From positions 78,368,001 to 78,432,000 of the forward strand of contig OZ024744.1 in the NCBI GenBank assembly GCA_964016885.1: 64,000 nt of DNA, read 5' to 3'. Positions within the stretch are counted from its first letter, which is position 1; every line of letters begins with the position of its first letter. Shown one piece after another: positions 59,005 through 64,000 of the stretch. The position numbers and the translations under genes are program-made. The notes beneath the pieces were generated by a model that saw nothing but the letters and a program-made list of their open reading frames with translations, searched no databases and was not told where the DNA came from. The stretch is from Eledone cirrhosa (taxonomy: Eukaryota).

Positions 59005-59760
59005 TTGTTTTGAAGAATGAAAGAAGAGAAGTTCAGTTGGAAGCATTAGGACTACCAAATGGAAAAGCAGATACTGTTGTCAAAGGCATAACAATAACAG
59101 CTGTTCTGGATGAATACAATTTATGGAAAAGCATAAAAATAATTGTTGCGGACACTACAAATGCGAACAATGGGACCAGGAATGGGATTGTCATTCAGTT
59201 CCAAAGAAACTGGAAGAGCCACAATTCATTGGCCGTCAACGTCATGTTCTTGACCGAGTGCTTCGCGTACTAATCAATGACAAACTTTGAGGAAAGAACA
59301 CATCACCTAATATCGAATATCTATTTATCTGTGAACTTGTAAATAATTACAAACAGCTCAAGAAGAATTTCAAAAATGATAAAGAAGAGATTACTGAAAC
59401 AGCAAAGTGAAGTTCCAAAAAATACATAACTTGAGAAATAGAAGATGGAATTGTAGAACACTACTAGCTATTTTGGCTTTTATTCTTCTACCAGAGAAAA
59501 AGAGACTGGAACTCTAAATTTGTAGATTTATCTCTTACAGATGGGTGGACCATTATTTTACTGACCAAATCTACAATGCAGATGATTATCTGAAGCTATG
59601 CAACAGCTTAAAGGCTCACAAAAAGGTAATAAACTATGTGAAAAAGTTTTGGAACCCAGAACCATTGAGACTCAAAATTCTCAGAACAAATCCGAGTGTT
59701 CAATATCTTTATGACGTCTATGAAAAGGAGAAAGTTCAGCTTAGATTTTATTTTGTCTAA
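59005..59760 (+). mobile_element. Degraded DNA transposase fragment (hAT-like)
   Basis: LDEYNLW..IVADTTNANNG..GIV followed by a frameshifted FIGRQRHVLD (decayed CxxH-like motif). Confidence 0.5.
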
Positions 59761-59964
59761 CAAAACACAATAATTGTCTACAATGGTGTAATTATCTACA
59801 CCATACATAATACCTATAACTCACATATTCTCAGGAAAAGGAGAAAGAATAGAGTTCACCAATTACAAATGGTTTCAAAAATAAAAACAATATCAAAACA
59901 TTGAACATAGAGCAATCAGTTAGATTTTTAAAAAAAGCATATTTTGTACATGGAGTTATATATC

Positions 59965-62030
59965 CTGACGGGAGACTTCAATGTACATTTGGCACTGACC
60001 ACCTGACTTGGAAAGGAGTGATTGGAAGGAATAGTGACCCCCAATCTAAATACAAATGGAAAGGCTTCTGTTCTAATAATGGACTTTTTATTATGAATAC
60101 CTTCTTCTAGCACAGACATTCATAAATATACGAGGGGAATCAGGGACAGAGATCAATAATTAATTTTGTTATTGCCTCTGATCTCTGATTATCTGCTGGA
60201 TGTTCATGTTAAGAGAGGGGGTCTGAGCTGTCAACTGATCACCATTGAGTTATCTGCAGCTTGAAACTACCTAAAGCCAAAAGAGCCCGCAAAACTGGCA
60301 GGTCCAGGGCGATCTATAGGATAAAGTGGGAAGCATTGATGGAGAAGGAAGCCAGGACCAGGTAAGCAGATACTATTGTATCCAAATTCAGAGAACTCAC
60401 TGAGGACGTTGAGACGAGTGGAGATTGCATTTTCGGCATCATATGTTAAATGCTTGGTGTGGCACTTGATGGGAGGAGGACCCCTTGGTTTAATCAAGAG
60501 GTCAAAGATGCCATTCAAGCAAAGAAGGAGGCTTACCAAAGCTTGGCTTGGCTTGGAAATAAGTCCTTCTTGCACTTGCAGTACAAGCAGGCACAAAAAA
60601 TCACAGAGACAGTAAAAGCATCCAAAGTTAAGACATGCAAGGACATTGCGGTTAAGCTGGAATGCGATTTCGGATCAGCAAATGAAGTGTTCTGGCAGAC
60701 CATCTGCTGACTTCGTAATAAGAAGCCCTGCTATCAAGAACATGTCTAGGGTTCTCTCTTCAGAGAAGTGCATCTTTGTGAGGTGGAAAGAACCCTTTGC
60801 CGATTACCTAAACCCGATCACAACAGGATCTTCTGATGTACACAAGATGCATCTGGGAGTAGTAACTAATCTCTCAGAGGCTGAGGTCACAAGAGTAACT
60901 AAAGAGCTTAAATGTGGCAAGGCCATTGGGCAAAATGAAATCTGACTTCTTAAAAGCTTTAAATAGAGAAGTATTCTCTGGGTGGCTTGAATCTTTAGAA
61001 AAGCACCGAAACAATGATAATCCCAATTTTCAAAAAGAAAGACACGAGAGATTGTTCCATTTACAGAGGAATCCCCTTGTTAAGCCTCCCTATGCTTAGT
61101 GTCTGGCAACGAGATGCAGGGAGATTGTCAAGTCCGAGCTAGTTGATGAGCAGTGTGGTTTTCGCTCTGGACACAGCACAGCCGACCAAATATTCACACT
61201 GCGGCATGTATTCAAGAAATCATGGGAATATTGCCAAGAGGTATATTCTTGTTTTGTCGACCTAGAAAAAGCAGACGATCACATTCTTTGAAACCTGCTG
61301 AGGTTCTGTAGGAGTATGGGATTGATGGTCAGCTTCTTGCTGCCCTGATGTCTCTATACGAATGCCCTCAAGGAAGCTTACTCAGTGCATTCTACATATA
61401 AATTGAGTTCCACTGAAGCAGATGAAGTTCAAGTATTTCGGGGCTATGTTCTCAAGTGATGGTGGAAGGCAGGAGGCTGAATTAAGTGAAATAATTGCAG
61501 TATCTGGAGCAATAATGTATGAGCTTCAGCATCAGGTAATCAGAAGAAGAGAGGTAGGTGTAAAAACCAAACTTGCTATCTTCAATTCAGTATTCATACC
61601 AACCCTTACCTATAGTCATGAATCTTGGATTATGGCCGAAAGAATACAATTGTAAATAGAGGTGGCTGAAATGGAGTTCATCTGAAGGGTCTTTGGAGTA
61701 ACGTTAATAGAGTCCGTAGCTCAGAGATCAGAGTCACTCTAGGCAGAGCTGCTGCTTGACTAAATTTAGAGATCAGAGCTCTGATACTATGGGCATGTGG
61801 TTAGAATGTCTTAGGAAAGAATTGCTGGACAGATTTTACAGGCAAAACCAGCCAGGGGTAGACTCCAAGCAAGATGCTTGGATAACATGCATGAACTTGG
61901 TTGGTCTCGCTTGGGGATCCAGCTGGATCAGTTGAAGATGAATGCTTCTGACAGGACCTGCTGGAAGAAGTGTTTGAAAAGAACTCTGCCCCACAACCCT
62001 CTCAGAAATAAGCAGGCAAAGAAGAAGGAG
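59965..62030 (+). mobile_element. Old Expander/Rex3-like RTE, heavily degraded
   Basis: GDFN, WKGVIGRN, IMNTFF, TPWFNQEVKDAI, EQCGFR, FVDLEKA, FKYFG, PTLTYSHESW and YGHVVRM fragments occur in the expected order. Confidence 0.8.
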
Positions 62031-62329
62031 AGTCTTTTGACTGTTCAAAACTATAGGTCGAGTTACAATTCTAACATTATTACTATTTACAATGTTGTTA
62101 GTTATTTTTCTTATACAGTTAGTGACGTGTTGTATAACACTACAGGAGTGGAAGATTATCTAATATGTGGTAATAAGTAGGTTTAAGTACCAGTTATTAC
62201 TTATCTATTATTCATTCTTAATGTTATTAATTTTCTTTATATAGATGGAATAACATTTGTTATTAGATTTGCAGGAACAGAAATATTTTTAAGAAGCAGT
62301 AGCAGGCGCAGACAATTGATTAGTATTTT

Positions 62330-62622
62330 ACATCATCATCGTTTAACGTCCATCTTCCACGCTAGCATGGGCCTGGACGGGAATTGTCCCACGTGAGGCA
62401 TGAGTGGTTGTCCTGCTCGTATAGGACTGTCAGGCGGGTTTTCTACCGTGTTCCCTACACGGCCACATTACACCGTGGATTGTGTGTTTTTTTGTCGTGA
62501 AACCTACACGACCTCATTTGTTTTGGACTGGATGTTGTGGTACCAACATAACTTTACATTGAAAGGGGTGGGATGGGGGTGTATTTTTGTTAGAGGTGCC
62601 TACTGACTGTAGTAGGTTTCAC
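62330..62622 (-). mobile_element. 3' UTR-only copy of RTE subfamily A1
   Basis: Aligns by eye with 6620-6980, with an internal deletion. Confidence 0.85.
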
Positions 62623-62704
62623 TTTAGAGAATGAATATATAAAAATATATAAATATACAAGGCACACATAAAATTACCATTTTTATCATTTTTATACATA
62701 TATA

Positions 62705-63070
62705 ATCATCATCAGTTAATGTCAATTTTTCCATACTTGCATGAGTTAGACAGGTTGTCACTTTATGAGACAAGTCAGATCAGGTGAACATATCTTGCTC
62801 ATATTGATCTATATTTTGGTTTCTATGGCTAGCTGCCCTTCCTAACACTAACAACATTGTAGTGTAGACTGAGTGCTCCTTATCATAGCACCAAAACAAC
62901 CATCTAATAGAGTAGACTAGGTGCTTTTTTATCTTTAAACCAGCCAGCACAACCACCTTACAGGGTGGATTGGGAGCTTTTTGTTGTGACACCAACATGA
63001 CCACTCACAAGGTGGACTGGGTGCTTTAATTTTGTTCTATCACCAGCACAATTCAGGGTGGGTTGGGTAT
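62705..63070 (-). mobile_element. Degraded SINE/RTE-tail element with internal short tandem units
   Basis: (CAT)n tail, GCTGCCCTTCCTAACAC and repeated GGTGGACTGGGTGCTTT units. Confidence 0.55.
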
Positions 63071-63359
63071 TTCTTACTCTTGTGTCATACAGAGAGGAAT
63101 GGGTCTTTTTGTTGGTGAACTTATTGACTTTTTGTCATGGCAGTAGCATCATGAGGGAGCAAATGTGAAACATGTTCAGTTTCAGTTTTCCATGCTTATA
63201 TGCATGAGTTGGACAAAAGAGGTGTATCAGAGGTGAGAAAGGTGAGGTGAGGGCAGGAAATATGTAAGTTGGACAAGGTGGGTGGGATATTAAGGTAGTG
63301 GGAGTGAGGTATTAAAACTAGGAGGGATAGTGAGAAGAGTGGTACTGACTAGTGTCCTC

Positions 63360-64000
63360 TTTCTTCCTGTGCACTGAAGGCAGGTCTTCTACAGAGGTTT
63401 AAATGTTCAAGGTCAGCTTTTATTACTTCATCCCAAGCTTTCCTAGGTCTTTCATACTTTCCATCAATTTCTCGCACCCTGTCCAATTTTTATACAGCTA
63501 ACATCCACCATATGTATCGCATGTCCATACCATCACAATCTTCTCTCCTACACACTGCATCTAATTCCTCTTATACTTAGTTTCTCTCTCAGTTCATTGA
63601 CACTTTACTATTCATGCACACAAATATTACATATCCATCGAAGCATGCAAGCTTCATTTCTTTCCAATCTTCATAGTTCCTTCTGCACAGAACATCCAGT
63701 TCTCATTACTATAAAGTATTTCTGTTTGGATACACATATCTTACAATCTGCTTTACATTTTCAAGGGAAAATCTTTTGTAGCTAGCAGCAGTAGTAGCTC
63801 ACTGAACTTTTTCCATCCCTTTCTTACCATAGCTACTGTAATTCAGATCATCCACCCCCACTGCTAATTTAGTAACCTATCAACTTCTTCTATGGAGATC
63901 TCTGAGCAATTAAAGGCGCTTGTTTCCTGCTTACTGATCTTGTGCATCAACTACATATGAAGCCTATGTTTTTGCTAGCCTCCCTGAGATCCCACTACAT
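63360..64000 (-). mobile_element. Old RTE (A-like) C-terminal region, running off the window
   Basis: Similar to 22250-22872 (CATGTCCATACC, GCATGCAAGCTTC, GAGATCCCACTACAT). Confidence 0.8.

Overview
This is AT-rich eukaryotic (metazoan) genomic DNA; the repeat landscape of RTE LINEs with (ATG)n tails, tRNA-derived SINEs and huge TA-derived arrays suggests an octopod cephalopod (inference). The one host gene is a + strand eIF4G (EIF4G1/3-like). I traced 21 phase-consistent GT-AG exons from 26408 to the TGA ending at 48788 (3060 nt, about 1019 aa), covering the eIF4E-binding YxxxxLL motif, MIF4G, MA3 and W2; the N-terminal exons are not visible. Bases 1-26400 are (TA)n-derived arrays with a 200-N gap, into which an APE-RT LINE, several RTE LINEs, a SINE, a non-autonomous Helitron and a piggyBac end are inserted. 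The introns and downstream region hold more RTEs, a full-length decayed piggyBac and a hAT-like fragment. The most notable observations are: (1) a C4HC3 PHD-type finger inside the RT domain of three RTE subfamilies; (2) a ~280-nt near-perfect foldback piggyBac MITE filling most of one intron; (3) an RTE inserted antisense into its own family, creating a ~0.9-kb inverted repeat; (4) a duplicated half-exon plus splice donor flanking an RTE; (5) 3'-tail swapping among LINEs and SINEs; (6) a degenerate W2 AA-box; (7) a strong strand bias of G in the TA arrays.
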